Of a stretch of 64,000 bases of DNA, positions 11,860 to 26,032 are shown piece by piece (the stretch's first letter is position 1; each line of letters opens with the position of its first letter). Below the pieces are notes generated by a model. That model searched no databases, was not told where the DNA came from, and saw nothing but the letters and a program-made list of their open reading frames with translations. Origin of the DNA: Octopus sinensis (taxonomy: Eukaryota); contig NC_043005.1 in the NCBI RefSeq assembly GCF_006345805.1, positions 53,258,001 to 53,322,000 of the forward strand, read 5' to 3'. Made by a program: the position numbers and the translations under genes.

Positions 11860-12890
11860 GAGTATGGTCCACATTACGGGGTAAAAGTTTATATTTATAG
11901 TTATAATAGTAGTTGAAACGACAGACATGGTAGGTCTATATATCTTAGATAATATAAGTAGTGAATTCCCTGAATTAACCGGAGGTCTATATAGGGATGA
12001 CGCACTATTCTTAGTTAAGAACCTTTCAAATAGACGCCTTGAACTACTTAAAAAGCGATTACTTATATTCTTTAACAGGTTTGGTCTATCCATAACCATA
12101 GAAAGTGAAAACTACTATATAAACTATTTAGATGCAAATTGTAACTTTAGACTCCATGAGCCTTATATAAAAGAAAATTTTACACTAAGATATATAAACA
12201 ATTTTAGTAACCACCCCTTGCAAATAAAGAAAGCCCTACTACTAAATATAAGTAAAAGAATTTCAAACCTCTCCTCTAATGAAGAGATCTTTAATAAAAA
12301 CAAGGAAAAGTACAACATGGTACTAAAAAATGCAGGTTATAAAGGTAAAATTAAATATCGCCCCGGAATATTAACTATAGTAGCCAGGATAGAGCAACTA
12401 CCTTCAGCCCCTAAAAACTGGAACGACTGTAACACTACTAAGGATAAATATAAAAATAACAATAGAAATATTAGAAATATAATAAAACGACCCATAAATG
12501 ATAATAGCCATTATATCAACAACAACAATAACTAAATTGTTAGTAATAATAGCAATAATAATTATAATAATATTATTAATAATATTAATTATAACAATAA
12601 AAATAAAAGTAATAACAGAAACAATACACATAATATAAAAAAAACCAATAAGGTAAATAATGAAATTGACATTGTGTGATTAATCATCCCTTTCGCTATG
12701 CAAATTTAGAATAACATAGTCAAAACAATATTTAGACTAATTAACAAACATTTTACAAAAGAAAAAAAAAACAAATATTGCGAGATAATCAATAACAAAA
12801 CAATACGAATAGGATACTGACTAACACATAACCTGGTTACCATCATCTCCTTAATTAACACAAGAAAATTGAACAACTATCTAAGTAGGA
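11860..12890 (+). mobile_element. Penelope-like element RT/thumb/linker remnant
   Basis: ORF 11927..12535: VGLYIL..GLYRDD..SNHP..NISKRISNLSSNEEIF...Y..VLKNAGY. Downstream degenerate FRLINKHF..IINNKTIRIGY..NLVTII matches the PLE linker; truncated by (AAT)n. Confidence 0.85.
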
Positions 12891-12899
12891 AAAATAACA

Positions 12900-12974
12900 G
12901 AAATGATACATACTCAAGTAATAACAATAACCACAATAATAATAATAATGATAATAATAATAATAATAATAACG

Positions 12975-13014
<40 letters not shown>

Positions 13015-13058
13015 TAATAATGATAATAATAATAATTATAATAATAATAATAATAATG

Positions 13059-13102
<44 letters not shown>

Positions 13103-13209
13103 GATAATAATAATAATAATGATATAATAATAATAATAAATAATAATAATGATAATAATAATAATAATAATGATAATAATAATAATATATAATAATAATA
13201 ATAATAATG

Positions 13210-13248
<39 letters not shown>

Positions 13249-13289
13249 TAATAATGATAATAATAATAATTATAATAATAATAATAATG

Positions 13290-13333
<44 letters not shown>

Positions 13334-13414
13334 GATAATAATAATAATAATGATAATAATGATAATAATAATATAATAATAATGATAATAATAATAATAA
13401 TAATGATAATAATG

Positions 13415-13510
<96 letters not shown>

Positions 13511-13512
13511 TA
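12900..13512. repeat. (AAT)n/(GAT)n microsatellite, ~600 bp
   Basis: Direct reading. Confidence 0.95.
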
Positions 13513-13547
13513 TAATACCGCTGGATCCCCTCCATTTTCTTCTTGCC

Positions 13548-13612
<65 letters not shown>

Positions 13613-13623
13613 TGTATATGTAC

Positions 13624-13655
<32 letters not shown>

Positions 13656-14556
13656 TTATAATACCGCTGGATCCCCTCCATTTTCTTCTTGCTGTATATA
13701 TATATATATATATATAATATATATATATATATATTATATATATATATATATGTTTGTATATGTACATATATGCATATATAAATCATATGTGTATATGAAT
13801 ATATATATATATACACATGCACAAATATGTATGGCATTTATATATATACACACATGCACATTCCTCATTTATCCCTTATAATACGTGTGTGTATGTGCGC
13901 ATATATGTGCATAAGTGCCTGTTCATGTGTGTCTGTGTGCGTGGGCGTGTGTGTGTATGTGAAATCACAAGATGGACGCATTTGAGGCCCTCGATCAGAT
14001 TTCCCAAGATCTCATAATTAGCACTTAGTAACATGGGTGGAGTGACAGCTTCTTCTGCGAATACGAGAAGCAAACTCGTTATCTCAAACGTACTATCTAC
14101 CAATGAGTCGAAAACATACCTGAGAACCCAATATTTGAAATAAAATTCAACACCTCCACCGAAAATGAGAACTGCAGTCTAGAAAGTTGTCTCAGCAGCT
14201 TAGATTGCTAAGTTTTCTCGCGCCAATGCACAGTGATCATGTACAAATGCACATACACGTACAAATAGTTGGATACACAAGCGCGCACGCACACACACAT
14301 ACGAACTCACGCTCACACACACACATACATCTGCAGAAAATGGCCGTGTACTTATTTACACCACTTGAATATGTTGACTTTATATGCATGTGTGTTTGTG
14401 TAACTATATGTGTGTTCGTGTATGTGTGTGAGAGTGACTGGCTTTGTGTCTATACATATACATATACACGCAGTTATATATGCGTATACATACATATATA
14501 TACATGTGTGTATGTTTGTATATGTGTATGAACGTGTGTATGTGTATATATATATA

Positions 14557-14594
<38 letters not shown>

Positions 14595-14799
14595 CTGTCT
14601 ATGTGTGTGTGTGTGCGTGATTGTGTGTGCGTGTGTGTGTGTGTATATATATATACTGGTGTTAGTAAATACACATTCCAGTGTCTGCAATCTATGTATG
14701 CAGAAATTGTACGTCGATGTATTCATATTATCATGTGTAAAACCATACATTCTGACTTGTTTCTACGCATAATATTATTAATAAATCTTTTGTTTCAGA

Positions 14800-15165
<366 letters not shown>

Positions 15166-15671
15166 AATGAAAATAATAAATGGGTAAATATAAAATGAGA
15201 AATGGGTTAATTAACATGGATTATACTGAAATGGCACCATTAAGATGGGAGTCTTTTCAAAAAGAACGATGCATTTAAATGATTTATATATTAGCATAAT
15301 GGTAAGCCATTATGGTTTATATCTAATAAGCTTCATTTATACTTTGGCATAAATATATTAGAAGCTCGATTGCATAAATATATTTGGGAATCATGATGCT
15401 CCGACAAGCAATACTGCAACTTCCCATTTATCTCGTTTATATCACATGAAGTGACGACTGACATTCTTCTGAAACATACAGCCAGCATCCTTCGTCATCG
15501 TCGTTATTCACTCTGATGTGGCAAATGGTTGAGAGTGGTGGTTTTGTGTGTGTGTGTGTGTGGGGGGGGGGTTATATGTTTATATGTGTATGCGTGTGTG
15601 AATATATGTGGTGGGAGTGAGGTGACAGAGAGAGAGAGAGAGTGATGTGGGGAAGAGGGGGAATGATAAGA

Positions 15672-15705
<34 letters not shown>

Positions 15706-15726
15706 TTGATGATGATGATGATGATG

Positions 15727-15760
<34 letters not shown>

Positions 15761-15825
15761 TAATAATGATAATAATGATAATGATAATAATAATAATGAT
15801 AATAATAATAATAATGATAATAATG

Positions 15826-15864
<39 letters not shown>

Positions 15865-15893
15865 TAATAATAATAATGATGATAATAATAATG

Positions 15894-15924
<31 letters not shown>

Positions 15925-16082
15925 TAATAATAATAATAATAACAACAACAATAATAATAATGAGACGAAGAAGAAGAAGAAGAAGAAGAAGAAGAAGAAG
16001 AAGAAGAAGAAGAAGAAGAAGAAGAAGAAGAAGAAGAAGAAGAAGAAGAAGAGAAGAAGAAGAACAAGAAGAACAAGAAGAA
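15672..16082. repeat. (AAT)n/(GAT)n + (GAA)n compound microsatellite
   Basis: Direct reading. Confidence 0.95.
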
Positions 16083-16524
16083 GAGATACTTTTGTTAATA
16101 GATAAGTTTCGATGATAAATTTAGTAGACCAACTGTCAGGCTGAAACTGATTTAATCAGCATTCACAATGCAATAAGGACATATCTGCTGCAGTCTCATT
16201 CTCTGAGAATAATTGCTATACTAGCCTGTTAATTAGAAGGAAATTTAGAGATATCAACATGCCATTTGGAGATGAAAATCTATCATCGATCTGTGCTTAG
16301 AGAACAAGAGTGATTTGACTTCACGCTGTTATCAGTACCACCATGCTGTTGTTAACATATGCGCATATTCTCGCAAACCGCTGCCAACACCGGTCATTAA
16401 ACTCTGCACAGATTTCGACAATGCAACTAATTGCTAAAATACGCGCATTCGTTCGTGTATGAGTTCTTGAGGAGCAAAATAAGTTTAAGAATTAGTGAAT
16501 GTAGTTCGCTTAGTGGGTACGAAC

Positions 16525-16856
16525 ACTCCGTCAGTTACGACGACGAGGGTCCCAGCTGATACGATCAACGGAGCACCTTGCTCGTGAGATTAACGTGCAA
16601 GTGGCTGAGCACTCCACTCCTCAGACGACACGTGTATCTTTTAATGTAGTCCTCAGGGAGATTCAGCGCGTGACACAGAGTGTGACAAGGCTGGCCCATT
16701 TTTGTAATACAGGTACTATTCATTTTTGCCAGCTGAGTGGACTAGAGCAACGTGAAACAACAAAGTATCTTGCTCAAGGACACAACGCGATACCGGGAAT
16801 TGAACTAACGACCTTACGATCGTGAGCTGAATGCCCTAACCACTAAGCCACGCGCC
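16525..16856 (-). mobile_element. tRNA-derived SINE, family C
   Basis: Head ggcgcgtggcttagtggttaggg (A box) and gttcaattccc (B box); colinear with 18324-18634. Confidence 0.85.
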
Positions 16857-18323
16857 TTAACACTTAGCGGGTAGTGGACTGGTAACACACCAAGTGTTCG
16901 ATAGTCCACGGTTCACATTTTAACACTGATCACTTAACTCTCAAACTGACCCATTCCCTTTATGTATAAATAATCCTTTTGCTATTTAAAGAGATGTCTT
17001 CAATGGCATTAGATCTGCTAGAAATAACAACTAAATCGCCCTTATCATTTTTTAAAGGGATGGGACTTTCTCATATCGTAAAATCAGAGATAAAATAAAG
17101 AGACGGATGGGGCATTCTTCCAATGGAACGTGTTTGATCATGAGTTGACTGGATCTTTAGTTACTTCGGCTAAGCAAAAAGAGTGAGAGAACCGGAAAAA
17201 TTGAAAATAAATTGTTAACTCCCAATGTAGAGGGAAGCATTTCTTGAAGCTGATTAAGGATGCATAACATTACATGGCGACGCCGTCTTCAGCGATGTCA
17301 AAGTTTTAAAAGTTTCACAAGTTAACACAGATGAGTTAAATGTTTGCAATGCATATCTGACACCATAAGCGCAGGAACAGTTTGCCTTGAACTAAAAACC
17401 ACATAGGAAGTGTGTCCGTGTTTTAATATTTACTTTAGTATTCCTAATGTTTTCCGATGAAGGATGTGCTATGAATTACAACTTTCTATTACATAGCTCA
17501 GCACAGTAACACACATGCCCAGTAGTCTTTCAGTTTGCGTTATGATGAAACGCATTTTATCATTATCTTTACAAATCATTGATTTGGCATACGCAAACTT
17601 TGGGTTAGTTAGATTATGTTTGTAACATATTTCATTTCAACTTATAAATGCATATTCACTGCAGTTACCCCTGGAAAAATAATTCTTTTACCATAATGGA
17701 AAGTTTGATTTGCTTTTTTTTTTTCTGCGTGGTAAAATCCACCGCGAAATCCAGATACTCTTAACTGGTCTGAACGAAGCTAATCGGAAGTTACACAGTT
17801 ACAATAACGACAACAGTAACTACAGCTACTACAGCAACAATAAAACGTACTGGGGATTTACTCTGAAATATCAATCTCATCCTTATATACACCAACTCAA
17901 GCTTGGCAATACAGTCATGACATTTTCAGATGAGTGATGTAGGAAGGTGCGGCGTGTGAAGTAGAAAGCTTAAGACGGGGTATGGTGCTCGCAGCAGAGT
18001 TGAAATACCAGTACATGAAGATATATGAAAGGTGAATAATGATGAGGTCATGCTTCAATTTGCACGAATTAAAGTTCAAAAGCAAATACTTCAGATCCTC
18101 TCTATTTTACCTTTAAAGAATAAAACAGAGTTTGAATACTAAATTTTCTGTTTTGTCATGCCTTTTTCTCACTTTATTTTTTCAGGAAAAATTGTGTTAT
18201 TCTTTCATTGTTCTCTTTTCTTTTCTTTGGCTTCTCTTGTTTCTAATTTGCTTATGATAGTAAAGTTTTTGCTTAAGGAAGTTTAGTGTAAGTACAGTGT
18301 ATATCTATCAAGAGTTTGATGAA

Positions 18324-18634
18324 GGCTCGTGGCTTAGTAATTAGGGTATTTTGCTCGCGATCCTCAGGTCGCGAGTTCGATTCCCAGCGGTGATCCTTGA
18401 GCAAAACATTTGTTGCACGTTACTCTAATCCCCGCCCCCACTGGCAGAAATCAGTTGTTCCTTTATTTCAAAGGGCAAGCCATATTACGTTCTGTGTCAC
18501 GCTGAATCTCCCCGAGAACTACTTGAAGAATGCGCGCATCTGTGGAGTGCTCAGCCACTTGCATGTAATTTTCACGTGCCAGCAGTTCTGTTGATCGGAT
18601 CAACCGGAACATTCGTCGTCGTAACCGACGGAGT
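18324..18634 (+). mobile_element. tRNA-derived SINE, family C
   Basis: A box tggcttagtaa, B box gagttcgattccc; tail ...cgtcgtaaccgacggagt shared with the 16525 copy. Confidence 0.85.
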
Positions 18635-18725
18635 ACAACTTTATCAAGAGTTGGATGGTTATGTGTAATGAATTTAATTTGATATAAGGTACCTCGCATT
18701 TCACATCATAAAATAAAAAATAAAA

Positions 18726-18954
18726 GTTCCCTTCTCATGCCGTGCCAGGCTCATAAGGGTCTGTTTCCTGGTTTCAGTGACGTGTATATTCCTTATCTGG
18801 ACGGGACGCTGATCCGTCGCAGGATTACTCTTTTTTGCCAGCTGAGTAGGCAGGAGGAACATGAAATGAAATGTTTTGCTCAAGAACACAATGCGTTGCC
18901 CACACTCTTACGATCATGAGTCCAATACCTTAACCCCTAAGCCACGCGCCTCCA
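18726..18954 (-). mobile_element. tRNA-derived SINE, family D (same head as C, different tail)
   Basis: Colinear with 21175-21420. Confidence 0.85.
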
Positions 18955-19526
18955 CATTTCACATCATATGCAGCCTATAATTAAATCATCGTTGTATTTC
19001 AGATGTAGCACTGATTGAGAAAGACGGTACTTTGTTCTAAGACTGGAATCTGGAGCAGCACAATTTGAATCCTAACGAGAACTGAAACACTTCATTAAGC
19101 ACTGATCATCTGAACTATTTATAGATCTTATTTACGGACGTGGCTTTGACAGCAGCAACAACACCAACAACCAATGATGCACAGTCAAAACAGTTAACCT
19201 TTGCACGGTTGCTTAAACTGGTAGAAATAGCAGCAATAGCTACCCCAAATCACAGCCTGCAACGGTAAAAATGAAATGAGAGATTAGATAATGTAGTCAT
19301 TACTACACTATATCTGAAGAAACGAATAAAAAGTGAGGACAAGTAGCGATGATAAAGACTGTCACCTTTGATCATAATTTTGTTACACGGCGCATGATCT
19401 AAGGTTAAAGAAGAACAAAAGCAACGAAACTTTTATCTTCGGAATTGCATTTCACTGAATATGGTTCTTTGTATATGCTATATCAACAATCGCATTTATT
19501 TGTTTAAATTAATCATTATTTATATA

Positions 19527-19933
19527 GGCTGTGTGGTAAGTAGCTTGCTTACGAACCACATGCTTCCGGGTTCAGTCCCACTGCCTGGCACCTTGGGCAA
19601 GTGTCTTCTTCTATAGTCCTGTGAGTGGATTTGGTAGACGGAAACTGAAAAAACCCGTCGCATATATATATATATATATAGATATCTATATCTATATATA
19701 TATATAAGTGTGTGTATATGTTTGTGTGTCTGTGTTTGTCCCTCCAACATCGCTTGACAACCGATGCTGGTGTGTTTACGTCCCCTTAACTTAGCGGTTC
19801 GGCAAAAGATATCGATAGAATAAGTACTAGGCTTACAAAGAATAAGTCCTGGGGTCGAATTGCTCGACTAAAAGCGGCGCTCCAGCATGGCCACAGTCAA
19901 ATGACCGAAACAAGTAAAAGAGTAAAGAGTAAA
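19527..19933 (+). mobile_element. tRNA-derived SINE, family A (well preserved)
   Basis: Head ggctgtgtggtaag, B box gggttcagtccc, internal (TA)n/(TG)n, tail gaaacaagtaaaagagtaaagag. Confidence 0.9.
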
Positions 19934-19951
19934 TATATATAGCGGTCTAAT

Positions 19952-20303
19952 TAAGGCACAAGGCCAGCAATTTCAAGTGAAGGTGTAAATCAATTACATT
20001 GGTCCAAATGTTACTAGTTTTATCGACCCCGAAAGGATGAAAGGCCAAGTCAACTACTGTGGAATTTGAAGGAAGAATGTAAAGACGGATGAAATATCGC
20101 AAAATGTTTTGCCTGGTGTGCCAACGATTCTGTCAACTCATCTCCTTAATCATTATGTATATTGATGTCAGATTTTGGCACAAAGCCAGCAATTTCGGGG
20201 GAGGAGTTAAGTCGATACACGACCCTAAGAAGGATGAAGTGCAAAGTGGATCTCAACGGAATTTGAATTCAGCGTGCTAATGGTTTTGTCTACCCACCGC
20301 GTT
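19952..20303 (-). mobile_element. Two degenerate SINE family B copies
   Basis: tatcgaccccgaaaggatgaaagg motif and ggcacaaggcc tails. Confidence 0.7.
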
Positions 20304-20598
20304 AATCATTCCTTATGGTGAAACCAAACTTTTTCCGAGATTGTATTACTGACAGCCAAAGATCATTTTCCCTCCCGCTTGAATAATTTTATATATCCCA
20401 ACGTATAACAAGCCAGAATATGCCAAGGAGATCTCAGTATATCTGAAGTGTCCCAACCTGCACTGATTGATGCAACGTAACTACAATTTCCTCTGGGACA
20501 GATGCAAGATGCTTCGAAACGATCGTCGTGCTGAATAAAGTTTTATACTAAATCCATCTTCCGTTTCTTTTATCAACTATTTATTCTCACACACACGC

Positions 20599-20635
<37 letters not shown>

Positions 20636-21174
20636 AGAAAGATGGAATGAAATCAAAGTAAATGGCGGTATTTTGAAATCATTTAATACGAACGTTCAAG
20701 GTTTAAGTAATATATAATAGGTAACGCATCTATTATGCAATCCTTCCTTCGTTAAAGTATTTGAAAATATGAAGAAATTAATGGAAAATTTTCAATATAC
20801 ATATGTGGTTAGAGCAGTATTTCGGCTACTAAAATATATGTGCATAAAAAAAATAAGAGATGAATTCATTGATATTTTAAGAATTTTAGTTTTTATACGG
20901 CTGTTTCGATAACACTCATTAAATCATTGTGCTATGTAGATAATAATTAGGTAATTATTAATTGTTATAAATCAAATTACTATCAATTAGTTGAACGTGA
21001 TGGAAAAATCATTTCGTTGGGGGAGATTTTGAAATACGAAAATCAAATCATCTTTGGTGATATAAATATGGCAGAAAATAATAATACATATTAAATAAGT
21101 CTAGTAAAAAATACAATAAAAACACAGTAAAAAAGGTGTTTAGTAAAAAAAGGTTCCTGATCAATATACCATAT

Positions 21175-21420
21175 GTTCCTTCTCGAGCTATGCCAGGCTC
21201 ATAAGGGCCGGTTTCCCGGTTTCAATGGCGTAGAAATTCCCCACCTGGACGGGACGCCGGTCCGTCGCAGGATTACTCGTTTTTGCCAGCTGAGTGAACT
21301 GGAGCAACGTCAAATGAAGTGTTTTGCTCAAGAACACAACGCATCGCCCGGCCCAGGAATCGAAACCACAACCTTACGATCATGAGTTCAACACCCTAAC
21401 CACTAAGCCACGCGCCTCCA
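21175..21420 (-). mobile_element. tRNA-derived SINE, family D (well preserved)
   Basis: A box TGGCTTAGTGG and B box GTTTCGATTCC on the minus strand; body cctggacgggacgccggtccgtcgcagg. Confidence 0.9.
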
Positions 21421-22958
21421 CATATACTATATGTGTGTGTATGTGTGTGCGTACATACAATCCTACATACATACACACAAGCATACACTAAGTCACACAC
21501 ATGTACATACATGCATACATACATACTTACATACTTACATACATACACATTGCTCTCCAGTGCTTAAATATTTATTTCCATTTCAGACTACCGTATTATT
21601 TTTGATATGGTTAAACATGTAAATCAACATCATTATTTCGCAATGAAACAAGATTATATCACTGTAAACAATCGTTCCAGATCAAATACGTTCCAAAATA
21701 ACAAACAAAAGCAATGGCAAAATTTATCTGAACAGCAGATCTCACAAGCTGATATCAAATACTTGTCACTGTTTATAACATGATAAATTTTTCATAGAGC
21801 AAGTGAAAGCTTATATGTAAGTATCTGAATTGATTTCATCTTCAATAATGTAGCAGTTACATTACTACATGGTTGCGTCTATTTGCATATATGTGTGTAA
21901 GATTATGTTTATGCATGTTGTGTATTGTATGTGTGTGTTTATGATTATGTACATGTAAGGTTACGTAAATATTGTGACTTTCAACTGAAGTTTCCTAATG
22001 CATTATTTCGAATACTATACAGTGTTCAAACACATGTGTATACGTGTGTATGTGTATATAAATGTATGTGTATGTATGTTCAAGAACAACAGAAAAGCAT
22101 TTAGAGGTATAAAGAATGTATTTATATGAAAAAATTGTACACACAATTTATGCGATGTAAATAGGTCCTTCCTTTACAGCTGTTTCAAATAATCAGTGAT
22201 TGTTTGATATCATACGTTATAGAGACAGATGTAATACTGAGGTATTATTATTATTCATAAAAGAACCGGTAAGAATAGTATCATCTAGCATGAATCTTGA
22301 TAGATGAGCATCTTCGTGCTACAAATTCATATTATCTTCGGAAGATAATATGAATGCATGAAGAGAAGAAGTGTGTATAAAAGAATATGAGCATTGGCAA
22401 ATTTAGATAGATTAAGAAAAATAATAGAGAGATTTAGTAAAGAGTACAGAAGTAAGCAGGGGGAGATGGTCAAAGAAATTCGTAGGAGATTACAATGTTA
22501 GTAGGGCGAAAGAAGTTTGCCTTGAAGCGCGTAGAACTGTTGGAGAAGGCGAAGGGGATAATAAAGAGTATAACAGAAAAAGAGAGAAAAGATGCACAGT
22601 GGAAAGAAAGATAAGAGAGAGGGTAGAACTGTTAGTCAAACGGTGTAAGCAGTCCAGCCATTGGCAAACAAATTTTGTAAAACTAAGTAGTGAGAAAGCT
22701 GGGTTAGGAGTTGTTCAAAAGAGATACATTAATCAAACAGGGAATGAGAAATTTAAATAGAATTTCGTTTTTAGCGACGGAAGCAGTATTAGTACCAAAT
22801 AGCAATCTGTATATCACATTTAAATTGAATACACACGAGGAAAGCCATACTGCGGTATTCGTCTTGAGAAGGTATCTGTCTTAGGTAAGGCTTAAGTTCA
22901 ATATATTTGAAGATATAGTTCGAAAGAAAGGTCATAAAGGTAATGAAGCTATGCCTAC

Positions 22959-23026
<68 letters not shown>

Positions 23027-23059
23027 ATGTATATATGTATATATAAGTTCAGCAAGATT

Positions 23060-23780
23060 TAGATTCAGATGAATACGGTACTTATGTTAAAGACACCAGA
23101 ATTTGGTATGGTATTATCCACATAAATCACATGGGATGATTATAATCAAAATAAACAAGGATATCCAAGGTAGTGTAGTACAGTCGTTTCATGCTACTTC
23201 ATTTTATTAAACAATCTAAGTATTACATCAGTTTTAAAATGTAGAGCAATCTTCAGCCAGATATAGAATTTTTTAATTAAATAGACAATGTACATTTTTA
23301 TACTTATTCCATTTGCCAACATTGCAAAGAGGGTAGATATATAAACAGAGAGGTTACTTTCATCATTAAGAACATGGTAGTAGAAGGTCCTTCCCCATGG
23401 GCAGATTTTTTAATCACTGAGTTCACTTTGTAATTTAGATTTATCAATGGGGAGGGGTTTTTATTTGGTTCAATGGAGACAAACAAGAATTTTTTCTATT
23501 TATAGATAGAAGAAGGAGTAGTACAAATGGCAAAGCCATAATCCACCCCCATTATGAGGAATTTAACTTTGGCATATTTGTATGTATTTTAACTAAAGTT
23601 AGTAGGCTGAAGCTAGTGGGGTAGGGAAAATAGAGACTACTAATGCTCTAAAGATTTCTAATGTTCTTAACCATTTAACAGCCATAATCTTGCTTGTGAT
23701 TTTAAATAAATATCCTTTAGATAGTTTTTTCCAAAGGATTCCAATAAATTTTAGTATCTCATATAGGGATGTAGAATATA
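23060..23780 (-). mobile_element. Degenerate Penelope-like remnant (pLTR with hammerhead relic; possible ORF relic)
   Basis: CTGAAGA...GAAAC-GACT-GTA at 23176-23259; upstream stop-riddled NFS..MG.DYGF...PSSIYK..F.VSIE is only weakly PLE-like. Confidence 0.4.
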
Positions 23781-23796
23781 GAAATCATTTCATATT

Positions 23797-23827
<31 letters not shown>

Positions 23828-25610
23828 CAATTTTTATTAATATAGATTTATAGTTAGTAAATAGTGATTTATTTATATTAATGAGATAAATTAAGGGAAT
23901 ATGCTAGACATAAAGTAAAGTAAAGTATCCAATAATTTAGTGGAATGCTGAAATATATTTATTTAAATGCACTCTGAAGATTTTGAACCAGGAAGAAAGA
24001 TGACTAGTTTTGCATGTTCAATCATCTGTACACGTACTTACATAAATATACACACGGACGCACATTCATATATATATATATATATATACATACAATAACT
24101 TAGAAATAGTAATTACATTTTACTAAGATCACGTTGGCTGTTCTATGCAAGTCTTCTGCAAGAAAAACAACTTGCTCTGCATTCAATTTGTTATTCCTCA
24201 TTATCTTTTCAAAATGATATTAATTATTCTGCGAACATTGAAGCATGGCACAAATGCTGCGTTAATTACGAGGAAGGAAGCATTGCTGTACAATTACATT
24301 GAGAGGAATATATTTTCATAGAGAACCTTTATACATCTACGATAAGAACACAAAGTCATATACGCTGTGTTCTTTGTTTATTTAACAAGTTTGCCGCTAT
24401 GCCTGTGGTCACAATGAACAGAACCTTGTCTTCACTTCGCCTCAAGTATTCAATCAGAGTATTATTCAAATATGTTTTACCAGAAATTCTCGCTCTATCA
24501 GTCAAGAATTGTCATCGATTAGCCATATCACAGTGGTACAACATTCAAAATATTCTCGTTGTCTGAAAATTATTGTTGCTTCTAGCGTGATTTGTTGCTT
24601 TTTGAGCGAAATCAAGTAAACTCGCTCCGTGATCGAGCAATCTAAATGCTGAAGACTTAAAGTCATTCATTAATAAATTATTTTTAATGACTTTCAACGT
24701 TTATTTTTTGCTTTCCCAAATGATTATCCATGGTTAATGTAATTATATTTCATCATTTTTATTTTGCATTCACACTACTGATAGAATTTCATTGTTATAC
24801 TTTTTTTATTTATAGAACGATCCAAGGCAAAAAAATTAAATGAGGAAGAAATTCGTGTGAGAAAATAACTTTATTTTTGACTCATTCATCACCATTAGTT
24901 ATTAAATTTCACTGTTTTGCAGCTTATTCAGAAGTTACGTAGACATTTCCATTCACTCTCAGCAGACACTCGAAGCTAACTGCCCCTTTCGCACTCAACA
25001 AGAATATTGGAATATTCAGCGATGGAGGAGTTCAGGTTCTTAGAACAGATATCATACACCCTCGAATTACTTTTACCAGAGCTACAATTTCGTGGTTTCC
25101 CCATTGTAGTCATCTTGTTAAAGCCAATAACAATACGGAATGAATAAGCATATATCCTGTCATGCACCCGTAATTCTTGTTGCTTTAAGACAAACCATGC
25201 TGTGGGGTGTAAGCAGTTTTTTATTATATTATTTGTTCTATAAGTGTTGATACGTCCCTTCCGGTGTATCAACATATCCGTTATTTATGCATTGAGCTTT
25301 ACTGTGAACAGTTCCTTTGATATACTTTTAGTATGTGCCCCATTATGATATACAATTCCTCCTTGGCTGAAATTGAAGATAATGACTTTCCTGTAGAGAC
25401 TGGTCCGCTATTCCTCCGAAGATGTTTAACACAATACAACACGAATTACTGAATGATAACTTGGAAAATATTATTTTCTAGAGATAATTTAAGCATAACG
25501 TTGTTCTACCGAATTCTAGAAATGTGGGTTATTTCAAATATATGTCATTAAAACATTTAGGGACTTCATCATGAACAGTTCTTCGGCCGTTATTTATTTC
25601 ATTAGATCAG

Positions 25611-25734
25611 ACGGCGAGCTGGCAGAATCATTAGCACGCCGAGTGAAATGCTTAGCAGTATTTCATTCATCTTCACGTTCTGAGTTCAAATTCCGCTGAT
25701 GATGATGATGATGGTAACTATAATAATAATAATA

Positions 25735-25775
<41 letters not shown>

Positions 25776-25807
25776 TAATAATAATAATAATATAATAATA
25801 ATAATAA

Positions 25808-25838
<31 letters not shown>

Positions 25839-26032
25839 AATCCTTTCTTCTAAAGGCACAAGGCCTGAAATGTTGAGAAAGAGTCTAGTTGATTACCTCG
25901 ACTCTAGTGTTTCTCTAGTACTTAATTTATCGACCCCGACTTTGGCGGAATATGAACTTAGAATGTAAAGTCGGATGAAATGCCGCTAAGCATTTCGCCC
26001 TGCTTGCTAACGATTCTGCCAGCTCACCGACT
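25611..26032. mobile_element. Convergent SINE family B pair (25611-25698 plus; 25841-26032 minus) around (AAT)n(GAA)n
   Basis: ggcgagctggcagaatc head on the plus strand; gattctgccagctc head on the minus strand. Confidence 0.8.

Noticed and set aside
16780-16856. tRNA genes at SINE heads (also 18324, 19527, 21350, 48862)
   Set aside because: A/B boxes are present, but there is no complete cloverleaf and each continues into a SINE body, some with TSDs.
20440-22240. Partial hammerhead 3' halves: GAAAC-GATC-GTC (20516-20527, plus), GAAAC-AGCC-GTA (~20895-20906, minus) and GAAAC-AGCT-GTA (~22185-22196, minus)
   Set aside because: No intact CUGANGA core with a closable helix II; at most decayed pLTR remnants.
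22250-22960. Possible degenerate retroelement ORF on the minus strand
   Set aside because: Multiple stops in all frames and no diagnostic motif recognised.
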